This document shows, in pieces, positions 28,514 to 38,647 of a DNA stretch of 64,000 bases. Every line of letters starts with the position of its first letter. The stretch's first letter is position 1. This DNA is from Candidatus Woesearchaeota archaeon (GTDB taxonomy: Archaea; Nanobdellota; Nanobdellia; Pacearchaeales; GW2011-AR1), in the NCBI GenBank assembly GCA_964530945.1, contig CAZHCJ010000001.1:2140-66139 (forward strand), given 5' to 3'. A program made the position numbers and the translations under genes. The notes beneath the pieces were generated by a model. It worked only from the letters and a program-made list of their open reading frames with translations. It was not told where the DNA came from and ran no database searches.

Positions 28514-29644
28514 TTAAGAGGTTACTCCAACCACAACACCCCAAATAAAAATTAAGGCTAGAACACTAATAATGAACCAATTAATGGGCAAAGAATATTC
28601 TGGTTTTCTTTCATTTACGCTTTTTGCTTTCTTAGCCATTAAAAGAGCCATTATTCCAATTGCTCCTCCGGAAATCACGCCTCCGATGGAAAGTATTTTT
28701 GTGAAAGAAAAAAACTCAAAAGCCAAAGATTTTATCAAAACAAAAATCAAGATAGGTATTATGGAAACTAAAAACCAAGAACCTTTTCTTCCTATTCTGT
28801 CATCAATTCTAAAATTTTCATCAAGAGCATTCCCCAATGCAAGATACGATGTAAACATTGTAAGTATTCCTAAAAATACAAACAAAGCTCCTAAAGTCAA
28901 GGTTGCAACTTCCGGTGTCTGTAAACCCTGGCTTCCTGTAATAACAAATGTGAACAAACTATAAAGCAAAACAGAAAAAATAGTTCCTGTTATCAAAATG
29001 CGTTTCATTAATTTCTTTTTCTTGCCAATGATTAAATTTATCTCCGGGATAGCATGAAAGCTAAGTAAAGCAAAAAGAACAACTCCAAAAGGCAAAAATA
29101 AATTTGCTGAATCTAATCTAACAATATTCTCCAGAGTTACCTCACGAACAAAAACCAAAAATATTGAAATAAAAAGTATCACAACTATACTAACTCCCCA
29201 ACGCTCAAATTTTTTCAAACCCTCCAATCCGCTCCACAAAAATCCTGACATAACAAGGCCAGTAAGAATTCCCATTTGAACTCCAAAATCCACATTTCCA
29301 AAAATAAGATAGCTAATGCTGTCCCCCATTCCTAACATGTACGCTATTAGTGAAGAGTATATTCCAAAAATCACTGCAAATTCTGTGAAAACTCTTCCAG
29401 GCTTTCCAAAATAATGTTTTGCGTATCCTGCAATTTGGTGTGGTTTTTTTGTCCGCAAAATTACCTCACCGAGATAAAGATTAACCAACAAAACAAGCAA
29501 CCCAAGTAAAACAATGTACGCCAATGCAACAAAAAGACCTGCCTGTGCAGCTACATGCGGAATTCCTAAAACTCCTGCACCGATTGTCGTTCCAACAAGT
29601 ACAGAAACCCCTATGTAGTATTTTGTTTTTTCTTTTAAACTCAT
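28514..29644 (-). CDS. Amino-acid permease (aromatic amino acid / AAAP-type transporter family)
   Basis: About 11 TM helices. YIGVSVLVGTTIGAGVLGIPH. Start trimmed to MSLKEK (ATG at 29642-44), because the longer track ORF runs into the tRNA. Confidence 0.65.
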   Translation of the reverse strand: MSLKEKTKYYIGVSVLVGTTIGAGVLGIPHVAAQAGLFVALAYIVLLGLLVLLVNLYLGEVILRTKKPHQIAGYAKHYFGKPGRVFTEFAVIFGIYSSLIAYMLGMGDSISYLIFGNVDFGVQMGILTGLVMSGFLWSGLEGLKKFERWGVSIVVILFISIFLVFVREVTLENIVRLDSANLFLPFGVVLFALLSFHAIPEINLIIGKKKKLMKRILITGTIFSVLLYSLFTFVITGSQGLQTPEVATLTLGALFVFLGILTMFTSYLALGNALDENFRIDDRIGRKGSWFLVSIIPILIFVLIKSLAFEFFSFTKILSIGGVISGGAIGIMALLMAKKAKSVNERKPEYSLPINWFIISVLALIFIWGVVVGVTS

Positions 29645-29664
29645 TTTCACCTTTTTTTTAAAAA

Positions 29665-29767
29665 CGGGCCTACTAGGATTCGAACCTAGATCAACCGGGT
29701 TTTTCAAGACAAACTTAATCAGTTAACTCTCCGAAACCGGACATTCTATCCATTGAACTATAGGCCC
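29665..29767 (-). tRNA. tRNA-Arg (anticodon TCG) with a 31-nt intron at position 37/38
   Basis: Acceptor GGGCCTA/TAGGCCC. D arm GTTC..GAAT. Anticodon stem TCCGG with loop TTTCGG|intron|C. T arm CTAGG TTCGAAT CCTAG. There is a U27-U43 mismatch, so the exact intron boundaries are uncertain. Confidence 0.6.
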
Positions 29768-29840
29768 ACAAAGGAACAATGAAATAAAGAATTAAAAAGC
29801 TTTCCAAAACCTTTTTATTTGTGTTTAAACAATATTAAAT

Positions 29841-30701
29841 ATGGCTTTGAAAAAACATCACAAATGGCTCATTGGAAGTTTTTCCTCGCTTGTTATAGTC
29901 TTCATGATAACTTCAAGCATTTTTATGTACACTATTTTCATTAGACAAGAGGTAAATTACAATGTTTTGAATGAAAAATTGGAAGAATTGAAAGCAGAAG
30001 CTTACTTAAGCATAAATGACATCTCCAAAAGCCTTATACAAACTCAAAATAATATTAACGAAGTTAATTCCGAACTAGGAATCATAACTGACGAATTCAG
30101 TGAACTTAAAGCGACTGCAGGAGATGATTTTTCTGGAATTATTGAACAAGCAGTAGAATCAGTAGTAACTGTAAGAACCGATATAAGTCAAGGAAGCGGA
30201 TTTATAATAAATGAAGAAGGTTTCATTGTCACTAATTACCACGTCATTGAAGATGCGAGAGCAGCAACAATAATAACTTCAGATAAAGAAAATCACATCG
30301 TTTCTCTCATAGGATATGATGAAAAGTTTGACGTTGCGCTCTTAAAAATAGATGGAAAATTCGAAGATTTAGAGCTTGACAACTCAAATGAGATTGTAGT
30401 GGGAGAACGTGTCGTGGCCATAGGAAATCCTTTAGGATTGCAGTTCAGCGTAACTCAAGGAATCGTTTCGGCCACTCATCGACCCGGACCCAATGGAGAA
30501 GAAGCATATATACAAATGGACGCAGCCCTAAACCCTGGCAACAGCGGAGGCCCCTTAATTAATAAAGAAGGAAAAGTTATAGGTATTAACAACTTCAAAA
30601 TAGGAGACAGTGAGAGCCTGGGTTTTGCGCTAGAAAGCAATTTCGTTGAAAATACTGTAAATGAAATTGCTCAAGAAGCTTTGAATAGGACTTTGGTGTA
30701 A
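29841..30701 (+). CDS. Trypsin-like serine protease of the S1C/HtrA family, lacking a PDZ domain and membrane-anchored
   Basis: N-terminal TM. Catalytic triad context TNYHV, DVALLKI, GNSGGPLIN. Confidence 0.8.
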   Translation: MALKKHHKWLIGSFSSLVIVFMITSSIFMYTIFIRQEVNYNVLNEKLEELKAEAYLSINDISKSLIQTQNNINEVNSELGIITDEFSELKATAGDDFSGIIEQAVESVVTVRTDISQGSGFIINEEGFIVTNYHVIEDARAATIITSDKENHIVSLIGYDEKFDVALLKIDGKFEDLELDNSNEIVVGERVVAIGNPLGLQFSVTQGIVSATHRPGPNGEEAYIQMDAALNPGNSGGPLINKEGKVIGINNFKIGDSESLGFALESNFVENTVNEIAQEALNRTLV

Positions 30702-30881
30702 ATTATCTTATTTTTCGCATAAGTCCTTTTTTATAATCTTCAGAATATGTTTCTTTCATTTTATACAAAAAGATTTAAAGTATATTAACTTTTTTATAAA
30801 AGCTATTCATTAGATAAATTAAAAACTTGAGATTTCCTCTCTCAGGGAAACATTTACAAATATCTATGATATAATAAAAAA

Positions 30882-32348
30882 ATGGGAAACAAAAACAAAC
30901 AAGAAAAACATGAAGAAGGTCTCACAGTTAACAAATCTGATAATTTTTCCGAGTGGTACACTCAAGTTATTGAAAAAGCCGAAATTGTTGATATCCGTAA
31001 CGAAGTGAAGGGCTTCATCATAGTGCGTCCATGGGGAACCTTGACAATGGAAAAAATGTATGATTTCTATGAAACCGAGTTACAAGGCAAGGGACACCAA
31101 CCTACAATAATGCCATCCGTCATTCCCGAGACTAATTTAAAAAAAGAAAGCTCACATGTAAAAGGTTTTACTCCAGAGGTTTTTTGGCTAGACACAAATA
31201 AGGGAGATGAACGTCTTGCTCTACGCCCTACAAGTGAAACTCTCTATACTCCAATGTTCAAATTATGGGTAAGAAGTTATAGGGACTTACCTATGAAACT
31301 TTACCAACGCGGTTCGGTGTTTAGATATGACACTAAAGCAACTCGTCCTTTAATTCGTGGCCGTGAGTTCCAATGGATAGAAGCCCATGACGCTTTCGCC
31401 AGCAAAAAGGAAGCCGAAGCCCAGGTGAAAGAAGACATTGACACAACTGAAAAAATAATGCATCAAACATTTTGCGTTCCTTTCTTACCTATTAAACGTC
31501 CTACATGGGACAAATTCGCGGGAGCAGAATACACTATTGGCAGCGATGTTCTTATGCCCGATGGCAAACTAATTCAACAGCCTTCGACGCATCTCATGGG
31601 ACAAAAATTTTCAAAGGCCTTCGACGCAACTTTCACAAACAAAAATGAAGAAAAAGAACACCTCTGGACTACGGCATATGGGCCTGCAATCTCTAGAATA
31701 CTTGTTTCAGTCATATCTCTGCACGGAGACGATTCCGGCCTTGTTTTACCTTTTTCCATAACTCCAAAACAACTTGTGATAATTCCAATTTACAACAACA
31801 AAAACAAAAAACAAATTTTAAAATATTGTAAAAAAATTCAAAAGATATTTGAGGCATTTAGGGTAGAACTCGACACAAGAGAACATCTAAGCGTGGGATG
31901 GAAGTTCAACGAATGGGAGCTTAAAGGCGTTCCATTCAGGATTGAAGTTGGAGAAAAGGAACTCGAATCAAACAACGTCACTCTATTTACACGGGATACA
32001 AAAATGAAGAAAAAACTCCCTCTAAGCAAAATAAATCTTGAAAAGCTTGGAGAATCTTATGACAAAAGACTAAGAGAAAAGGCAGAAAAATTCACTCACT
32101 CAAGTATCATCAAATGTAAAAACGAAAAAGAACTCGAAGAAGCACTCTTCAATGGAAAAATCGCAAAAGTCCCTTGGTGTTCTACTGAAAAAGAAAGTAT
32201 TCTTTGTGCAGAAAAAGTTGAAAAAAATTTCAATGCTGAAGTTCGCGGAACTTTAGCAAACAAAAACGAACGCCCAAAAACAAATGCTAAGTGCGTAACC
32301 TGTGGTAAAAAAGCCCATGAAATAGTCTATATCGGTAAAAGTTATTAA
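30882..32348 (+). CDS. proS: Prolyl-tRNA synthetase (archaeal/eukaryotic type)
   Basis: FSEWYTQVIEKAEIVDIRNEVKGFIIVRPWG. Class II motifs. C-terminal zinc-binding CVTCGKK...YIGKSY. Confidence 0.9.
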   Translation: MGNKNKQEKHEEGLTVNKSDNFSEWYTQVIEKAEIVDIRNEVKGFIIVRPWGTLTMEKMYDFYETELQGKGHQPTIMPSVIPETNLKKESSHVKGFTPEVFWLDTNKGDERLALRPTSETLYTPMFKLWVRSYRDLPMKLYQRGSVFRYDTKATRPLIRGREFQWIEAHDAFASKKEAEAQVKEDIDTTEKIMHQTFCVPFLPIKRPTWDKFAGAEYTIGSDVLMPDGKLIQQPSTHLMGQKFSKAFDATFTNKNEEKEHLWTTAYGPAISRILVSVISLHGDDSGLVLPFSITPKQLVIIPIYNNKNKKQILKYCKKIQKIFEAFRVELDTREHLSVGWKFNEWELKGVPFRIEVGEKELESNNVTLFTRDTKMKKKLPLSKINLEKLGESYDKRLREKAEKFTHSSIIKCKNEKELEEALFNGKIAKVPWCSTEKESILCAEKVEKNFNAEVRGTLANKNERPKTNAKCVTCGKKAHEIVYIGKSY

Positions 32349-32767
32349 GCTCTAACTAAACAACTTACACATTCTATTTCAACTCAATCATGCTCTTCGC
32401 ATCAAAACCGCTTCGAGCTCTAACTCAAGCCGGAGAGTTCTTTTAAAAAGCTCTCCAAATTCTTCTTCAAGACTTGCTTGTTCTTCAACTCTTTCCACTG
32501 AAACGGTTTTCAACATTGTTTCCATTTCTTTACAAATTGCATAGCTTAAAACAAAAGTTTCAAGATTCGGACTAAACTCTAAGAAGTGTGTTCTCAATTT
32601 AATCCAGACCCAAAAAACTTATCTGAATTAAACTGAGCAATTAATATATTTAATTGATTTAGTAAAGACTAAGCTAGGTTTCAAACACATATTGCTGCCA
32701 TTCTTAGACTTACTAATCATATTTAAAGTAAGAAAAATCCTTTTTTATATATTTCTTTTTCCGGTAT

Positions 32768-33853
32768 CTATTTCTTAGTAACAATCTTTTCTAAATTTTC
32801 CCTAAATTCTTCTAAATCCGAAACCTGTATCTGGCCTCCTACTGCTTCTTCATGCCCTCCTCCACGAGAACCTCCAATATCCTTTATGGAGCGGAGTAAA
32901 AACGCTTTAGCCTTTTTTCCACGTATAGAAAGATTCGCTTTCAGTCCACGAATATAAATAACACAAATTAATTTTTTTGGAAAAAGATAATAAAGTTCAC
33001 TTGCCAAGTCACTGCTAATACTTAGGTCTCCCCCATATTGAAAAAACAACAGACGTTCACTAGATTCTTCCCCGATATTTACGGCTTTTTTCAAAAGCTT
33101 TTGATACTTTGAATCAAGTTGTTCAAAACGTTTATGAATAGTTTTATTTTTGTTTGTTTCTTCCAAAACATCATGAGGACCTCGTGCCTTCATCAAAAAT
33201 TTCATCATTTTCACAACATTTGTCGTGCGATCTTTCAGTCCATAGCCCAACATTCTTGAAATTCTTCCTATTCCGGATTTGTAATAAATATCAAATGCTC
33301 CAGCATCTTTCTCCTTGAGAGATAACTCCGGATACTTTTTCTTAAATTCTTTATAAAATTCAGGCATATATTTATCGGCAATGCATCCAGCAACTCCTAT
33401 CCAAGAATCTTCTTTGCGTTTTGAGATTTGATAACATAATGCCGTAACTGGCTCAGTGCTGGGATTCTTGTTTGAAGCAGGATTATAATAACTGACAAAT
33501 TTTGGCACCTCCTCAAAATCTTCGTCTTCAGCAACTTCATGATGGTCAATCCAAACAACAGGTATATTAAACTTTTCCGCTTCGTTAAAGAACTCCCTTG
33601 ATACTAAAGGCTTATCTAAAATAAAAATATAATCTGCTTTCAATTCATGAACACGACGAAAATGGCTTTTATCCAGTTGAGGATAAGACTTTATTGGCAC
33701 TCCTTTACCATGTTCAATGTATCTTTGCAACAAAAGAAAACTACACAAACCATCTTGGTCATTATCAAAAAAGAATAAAGGACGTTGTGCACGCTCTAAA
33801 TGCTCTCTAATCTCCAATACTTGTTTTTTAGTTAACATATTAATTTTTTTCAA
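32768..33853 (-). CDS. DHH/DHHA1 phosphoesterase (RecJ/NrnA-like)
   Basis: DHH motifs FDNDQDGLCS and IDHHE. DHHA1 GGGH motif GGSRGGGHEEAVGG. Confidence 0.75.
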   Translation of the reverse strand: MKKINMLTKKQVLEIREHLERAQRPLFFFDNDQDGLCSFLLLQRYIEHGKGVPIKSYPQLDKSHFRRVHELKADYIFILDKPLVSREFFNEAEKFNIPVVWIDHHEVAEDEDFEEVPKFVSYYNPASNKNPSTEPVTALCYQISKRKEDSWIGVAGCIADKYMPEFYKEFKKKYPELSLKEKDAGAFDIYYKSGIGRISRMLGYGLKDRTTNVVKMMKFLMKARGPHDVLEETNKNKTIHKRFEQLDSKYQKLLKKAVNIGEESSERLLFFQYGGDLSISSDLASELYYLFPKKLICVIYIRGLKANLSIRGKKAKAFLLRSIKDIGGSRGGGHEEAVGGQIQVSDLEEFRENLEKIVTKK

Positions 33854-34565
33854 ACTTAAAAAAGCACAAATAAGGTGCCTTGAAGTAGAAACTATTTAAA
33901 CGAGGATATTTCTTTTTCCATTCTCTCTTTGGCCTATTTTCGACAAGTTTTCTTAATTGAAATCCTTTTGGAATTAATAAATCAAAATAATCTTCAAAAA
34001 TTCTTGGATAATCAACAAATTTTTTTTCACTTCCTGCAATTTTAAAATAAAATTCTTTTTTACTAAAGTAATTCTTTAAACCATTATCCTCATTATCTGG
34101 ATCCATTTTTAAATTTGAAATAGGATGAGGCACTGAAAAGATAAAAAGTCCTTTTCTTTTCAAAACTCTTTTAATTTCCTTTATTATAATCTTTAAATCT
34201 TTTATATGGTCTAAAACCAAGGAAGCAGTCACAATATCAAACTCATTTTCCCCAAATTTCAACTTTCCTATATCTGAAACATCAAATTTTGCTTTAGGGC
34301 ACCTTTTTTTAGCAAGTCTTATCATCTCTTTACTAAAGTCAACACCATAACAATCTGCACCTCTTTTCAAATATTCTTTAATATGAATCCCTGGACCACA
34401 ACCTAAATCTAAAAGTTTCATTCCAGGAAGATTTTTGGGGACCATTTCAAACATCAAAGGCTGCTCGACCTCTCTATTCCAAAAACCATGATCATTCTTT
34501 TTCGTTCTAGTTTTTAAAAAATCCCTTGCGCTTTTATTATAGGCTTTAACTAATTCCTTGTCCAT
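33840..34565 (-). CDS. Class I SAM-dependent methyltransferase
   Basis: LDLGCGPGIH motif I. DVSDI. 241 aa. Confidence 0.8.
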   Translation of the reverse strand: MDKELVKAYNKSARDFLKTRTKKNDHGFWNREVEQPLMFEMVPKNLPGMKLLDLGCGPGIHIKEYLKRGADCYGVDFSKEMIRLAKKRCPKAKFDVSDIGKLKFGENEFDIVTASLVLDHIKDLKIIIKEIKRVLKRKGLFIFSVPHPISNLKMDPDNEDNGLKNYFSKKEFYFKIAGSEKKFVDYPRIFEDYFDLLIPKGFQLRKLVENRPKREWKKKYPRLNSFYFKAPYLCFFKFEKN

Positions 34566-34566
34566 T

Positions 34567-35655
34567 TTAATTTATACTCTTCCCAACAAGTATTTTCTCT
34601 TTTAAAGTTTTAAGTTCTTTAGTTATAGAAGCGATTAAATCTTCATTGTTAAATATCTTCTTGAAATCTTTTTCATCGGCCGAAAAAACATCTTCTAAAC
34701 TATCAAAATGGTTAAGGACTATTTTAATATCTTTGTCTAACAAGGAAGTATTGCCAAGAATCCTATACCCTTCAGGAGATATCTCTTTATCGTGAAGTTC
34801 TCCAAACAACATTCTTGAAATATTTGAAGTTTCAAGAAGAAAATCAAAACTCATATTCTCAAGCATCTCATCTGACTTCTCTATTTTTTCTTTAAGATAA
34901 TCTTTCAGAATCATGTTTCTTTCATGATTCAAATCTTTTGTCAATTCTTTGAGACGCATACTCACTATGTTCCCTTCTTTACCTAACTCCACAAGATAAC
35001 GTTTAACACTCTCTGAAATCCTTCTTATAGTTTCCAAACTCTGAAGTATGTTTGACACATCGCTTAAAGACACAAGATTGGTTATTTCTAATATATTCAA
35101 ATGACTCAACAAATCATCAAAAATATCCTTTTGTTTCTCTAATATCTGCAATGTCTCTGCTGCCCTTCTTAATATCTCAGAGGTTCTTTCCAAGAAATAA
35201 GATTCATCTCTGAAATACAATGTAATTTTATTCTTCCTCTCGGAAACGGCAATTGAAATAGTTCCGTGTTGCTTTGCAGTACGCTCTGCAGCCTTATGCC
35301 TAGTTCCGGTTTCTTTTGTTGCAGTTTGAATACTTGGTTTTAAGAGCGTATTAGCATAGAGAATCTTCTTCAAATCATAAGATACAATTATCGCTCCATC
35401 CATTTTAGCCAATTCAACAATTTTTTGTGAACTGAATTTTGAATTAATCCTAAATCCTCCTTCCACACTATTCATTAGGTCATTTACATCAAAAACAATT
35501 AACGCCCCCATTCTAGCCCTAAGAATATCATCAAGCGCAGTGCGAATGGCAGTTCCAGGAGAGAATATTTTCAAGATATCTACAATATCTTTTCCTTTGA
35601 AAGGATCTTCATCAACTTCTTTTTCATCATTCTTTTGCTTCTTCTTTTTTGCCAT
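34567..35655 (-). CDS. disA: DisA-like diadenylate cyclase (N-terminal DAC domain, helical linker, HhH-like C-terminus)
   Basis: DAC motifs DGAIIVSYD and TGTRHKAAERTA. C-terminal KIVLNHFDSLEDVFSADEKDFKKI resembles the DisA HhH region. Confidence 0.75.
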   Translation of the reverse strand: MAKKKKQKNDEKEVDEDPFKGKDIVDILKIFSPGTAIRTALDDILRARMGALIVFDVNDLMNSVEGGFRINSKFSSQKIVELAKMDGAIIVSYDLKKILYANTLLKPSIQTATKETGTRHKAAERTAKQHGTISIAVSERKNKITLYFRDESYFLERTSEILRRAAETLQILEKQKDIFDDLLSHLNILEITNLVSLSDVSNILQSLETIRRISESVKRYLVELGKEGNIVSMRLKELTKDLNHERNMILKDYLKEKIEKSDEMLENMSFDFLLETSNISRMLFGELHDKEISPEGYRILGNTSLLDKDIKIVLNHFDSLEDVFSADEKDFKKIFNNEDLIASITKELKTLKEKILVGKSIN

Positions 35656-35691
35656 AATCCAAAAAGAAGTAAATTCTATTTAAACTTTTAG

Positions 35692-36750
35692 TCAATTTTT
35701 CGCAAAAGTCCTAGCCACAATCAATGGAAAAAGCAAAATGGCGTCTCCATGGACTTTGACGCGTTCCGCACTAGGAAGTATTTTTCCCCAAGAAACTGCT
35801 TCTTCAGGTAAAGCTCCTGAATCACTCCCATCAAACTCTTGCATCGTATTTACATACACAGCATAGTCTGCCCCATTCCTAAACATATTTGCATTGCAGA
35901 CATGGTGCTTTATTGCCCCACTTCCAAGAAGGATGATTCCTGTTTTATTTTTACCAAGAGTGGTGTTATTCATTTTCCAAATGTCCTCCGCCACATCTAC
36001 CTTAAAATCAGGATACTTGCTTTTAAAGAAATAAATCATGTCTCCTAAACTCCCATCTGTTATTGTTGGGCAAAAGACAGGAATTTTATTTTTCCAACAC
36101 CAATAATAAATACTTTCTCTACCTCTTTTCTTTTCTCCAATACATTCTCCAAGCTTCCAAACAAGCTCGCTAGGTGTCATAACCTTGCCTGTTTCTTTTT
36201 GTCTTTTGAAGAATTCTTTCAATATGGGCATAATAAAATCTTCAAAATCACAATATCTTGAATTAGGAATCAAAATATTTCCTGCACGATTAACTCCTCT
36301 TTCACGTAAAACATCTCCTTTGAGTTTAAAATCTCCCAATACAAAATCTCCTAGAACCTTAATAATGTCTTCCTCTATGCCTCCCGCCGTAGTCACAAGA
36401 ACATTCACTTTCTTCTTTTCTACAAGATATCTAAACACTTCTCTTAAACCCGAAGTTACCATATTCGAGGTATAAGCCAAATAAATAAATGCCTTATCTC
36501 TAATCATTCTCTCAATTATCTCCACAGATTGATGAAATTTCTTAGCCTGCATCCCTGTTGACTTAAAACTCTCTAATATTTTGTCATAATCTACTCCTTG
36601 ATTAAAATCATAGCCCTCTATCTTTATTCCTTTAGGCTCTTCAACAGATTCTCTAAGTATGTTTTTCCTTGCAATAGATTCTTTATTTTTATCTTTCATT
36701 TTAAATTTTAAATTTACATTAGAAAAAACTACCTTGGGATTGCTAAACAC
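35692..36750 (-). CDS. dys: Deoxyhypusine synthase
   Basis: GYDFNQGVDYDKIL, YTSNMVTSGLRE, VTTAGGIEEDIIK. Confidence 0.85.
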   Translation of the reverse strand: MFSNPKVVFSNVNLKFKMKDKNKESIARKNILRESVEEPKGIKIEGYDFNQGVDYDKILESFKSTGMQAKKFHQSVEIIERMIRDKAFIYLAYTSNMVTSGLREVFRYLVEKKKVNVLVTTAGGIEEDIIKVLGDFVLGDFKLKGDVLRERGVNRAGNILIPNSRYCDFEDFIMPILKEFFKRQKETGKVMTPSELVWKLGECIGEKKRGRESIYYWCWKNKIPVFCPTITDGSLGDMIYFFKSKYPDFKVDVAEDIWKMNNTTLGKNKTGIILLGSGAIKHHVCNANMFRNGADYAVYVNTMQEFDGSDSGALPEEAVSWGKILPSAERVKVHGDAILLFPLIVARTFAKN

Positions 36751-36857
36751 TTATAATCTTTGGGATGATGTTTCATATTCAATTTAAAAAATCATGGTTT
36801 AAAAAATATGTGTTTCTGAAGCATAATCTTTTTAAACAAAATCCTGCACAATAGATT

Positions 36858-37073
36858 ATGAATAAATGGGCTGAATTAATACTAGGGCTTGTAATCCTTA
36901 TTGTGATGATTCTTATAGGATGGGCATCATCTGCCTATTCATGGACATTGTTAGGAAAAGATTTCAATTTCCTACATTCTGCATGGATTTTCTTAAAAGG
37001 GGGGGTATTTTTGTTTGTAACTCTAATCGCAATACTCTTCATACTCCTAGGAATAAACGATATAAAAGAATAA
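36858..37073 (+). CDS. Small membrane protein, hypothetical
   Basis: 71 aa with two TM helices. Confidence 0.3.
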   Translation: MNKWAELILGLVILIVMILIGWASSAYSWTLLGKDFNFLHSAWIFLKGGVFLFVTLIAILFILLGINDIKE

Positions 37074-37157
37074 AAATAATTTTTTAAAATTTAAAATAAA
37101 TTTTAGTAAGACCACTAAATTCTAAATAAATCTTTCTTGAAAAACTAAATTATGTTT

Positions 37158-37289
37158 TTACTTAATCAAAAGACTTAGTAGAGCTAGAACTCCTCCAATC
37201 AATGGAAGGTAGTAGTCCATTCCCCAAAATTGGCCTATTATTGCTAGAATACCACCGATTCCAACAAGCCACATTTTTCCTGATTTCAT
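37158..37289 (-). CDS. Possible 43-aa membrane micro-protein (not in the ORF track)
   Basis: Hand-translated: MKSGKMWLVGIGGILAIIGQFWGMDYYLPLIGGVLALLSLLIK*. Confidence 0.2.
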   Translation of the reverse strand: MKSGKMWLVGIGGILAIIGQFWGMDYYLPLIGGVLALLSLLIK

Positions 37290-37365
37290 GTTAACCTCTT
37301 ATCAAATTTAATTAAATATTGCAAGTAAGGGGTATATTTAAACTTAACTCTCGACGAAAAAATTC

Positions 37366-37965
37366 TTAACTTACTAAAGAAATTAAAACACCTTCTATTA
37401 TTGCCGCCACAATCAACAAAGGTAAAACAATCAGTAAGAAAGTTCTTAAAGACTCCAAAGAATATTCTTTCAGAGTATCTGTCTTATTCTTCTTAAAAAT
37501 AAAACTCCCTAATTTTATCCCCATCCCCAAAGAAATGAACAATGCGGGCAGCTCAAATACTCCATGAGGGAGAATCCCCCACAAAACAAATATGCCTCCT
37601 GCCGAAACACTTTCTGAGGCAACATATCCTAAAAGATAACCATTCATCATCGCAGCCAGTATGGGAAAAATTCCCAAAACAATGCCATAAAGAATCCCTA
37701 AAAAACTACTTTGTATATTATTCAAAAAAATAAACACTGTTATCTCAAAAAAACCCATGCCTTGAGTCTTCAAAAGAATATTCTCTATAAAATCATTAAT
37801 TATTGAATCAAGATTTGCAAACGGGGGGAGGAAAAATCCTAATATTGAAAAAATCATAAAAATCAAAATTGAAACATAAATATAATTCTTAGAATCTTTC
37901 ACGTATTTCCAAGATTTTTTGTAATTCTCTTTCAACCTCTTTTTCAAGTTTTTCTTTTTGGCCAT
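37366..37965 (-). CDS. SpoIIM/DUF95-family integral membrane protein
   Basis: Six TM helices with a topology and length typical of COG1300. Assigned by resemblance only. Confidence 0.5.
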   Translation of the reverse strand: MAKKKNLKKRLKENYKKSWKYVKDSKNYIYVSILIFMIFSILGFFLPPFANLDSIINDFIENILLKTQGMGFFEITVFIFLNNIQSSFLGILYGIVLGIFPILAAMMNGYLLGYVASESVSAGGIFVLWGILPHGVFELPALFISLGMGIKLGSFIFKKNKTDTLKEYSLESLRTFLLIVLPLLIVAAIIEGVLISLVS

Positions 37966-37970
37966 TTTAA

Positions 37971-38639
37971 TTAACTAAAGTGCTCACTAATATGCCTCAC
38001 CTTCCTCTTATATTTCTTTCTTATGTAAATCCCATAAACTAATCCTGAAATTAGGCCCCCCAAATGGGCAGTGTTTCCTATTGGTACATTGCCTGCAATT
38101 GAAATCAACCATAACACGACTAAAAGCCCAGGGATTGCATATTTCGCTTTTATGGGGATTGGAATAAACATCATATATAAAGGCAAGTTGGGAGTAAGCA
38201 ACATCATCAATCCTGCCAATCCAAAGATGGCTCCTGAAGCCCCTACAGCAAAAGTATTGTAATCTGCTGTAAAAACTAAGGATAGCAAAACAAATAACAA
38301 ACTCGCAATCAAACCAGAAATGATATAAAAATAAAGATACCTTTTAGGCCCTAAAATTCTCTCCATAAGACTGCCAATAAAAATCAACGTAAACATATTT
38401 GCGAACAAATGGAAAAGTCCACCGTGCATAAACATACTAGTTAAAAAAGTCCAAAGATATTTGCCCTGAAAAATATTTGCGGGTTTTATTGCAACTGCAT
38501 CAATTGGAATGATTCCTGTGCTAGTCAAAATAACAAAAACAATGAAAAAAAGGACATTTAATGCAATTAATAATAATGTGATATTCCATCCTGAAAAAAG
38601 GTTCCTTCTTCTACGTGAAATCCTATATTGCCTTGCCAT
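37971..38639 (-). CDS. Rhomboid-family intramembrane serine protease
   Basis: GASGAIFGL (GxSG) and AHLGGLISGL (catalytic His) within a 6-TM scaffold. Confidence 0.8.
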   Translation of the reverse strand: MARQYRISRRRRNLFSGWNITLLLIALNVLFFIVFVILTSTGIIPIDAVAIKPANIFQGKYLWTFLTSMFMHGGLFHLFANMFTLIFIGSLMERILGPKRYLYFYIISGLIASLLFVLLSLVFTADYNTFAVGASGAIFGLAGLMMLLTPNLPLYMMFIPIPIKAKYAIPGLLVVLWLISIAGNVPIGNTAHLGGLISGLVYGIYIRKKYKRKVRHISEHFS

Positions 38640-38647
38640 TTTAAGAA

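Noticed and set aside
30840-30860. Short inverted repeat TTTCC-tctctca-GGGAAA upstream of proS
   Set aside because: Only a 5-bp stem in AT-rich DNA. Not distinguishable from chance.
32388-32597. 69-aa ORF in the proS / DHH convergent intergenic region
   Set aside because: A helical, charged sequence that could be real. There are no supporting signals, so it was left unannotated.
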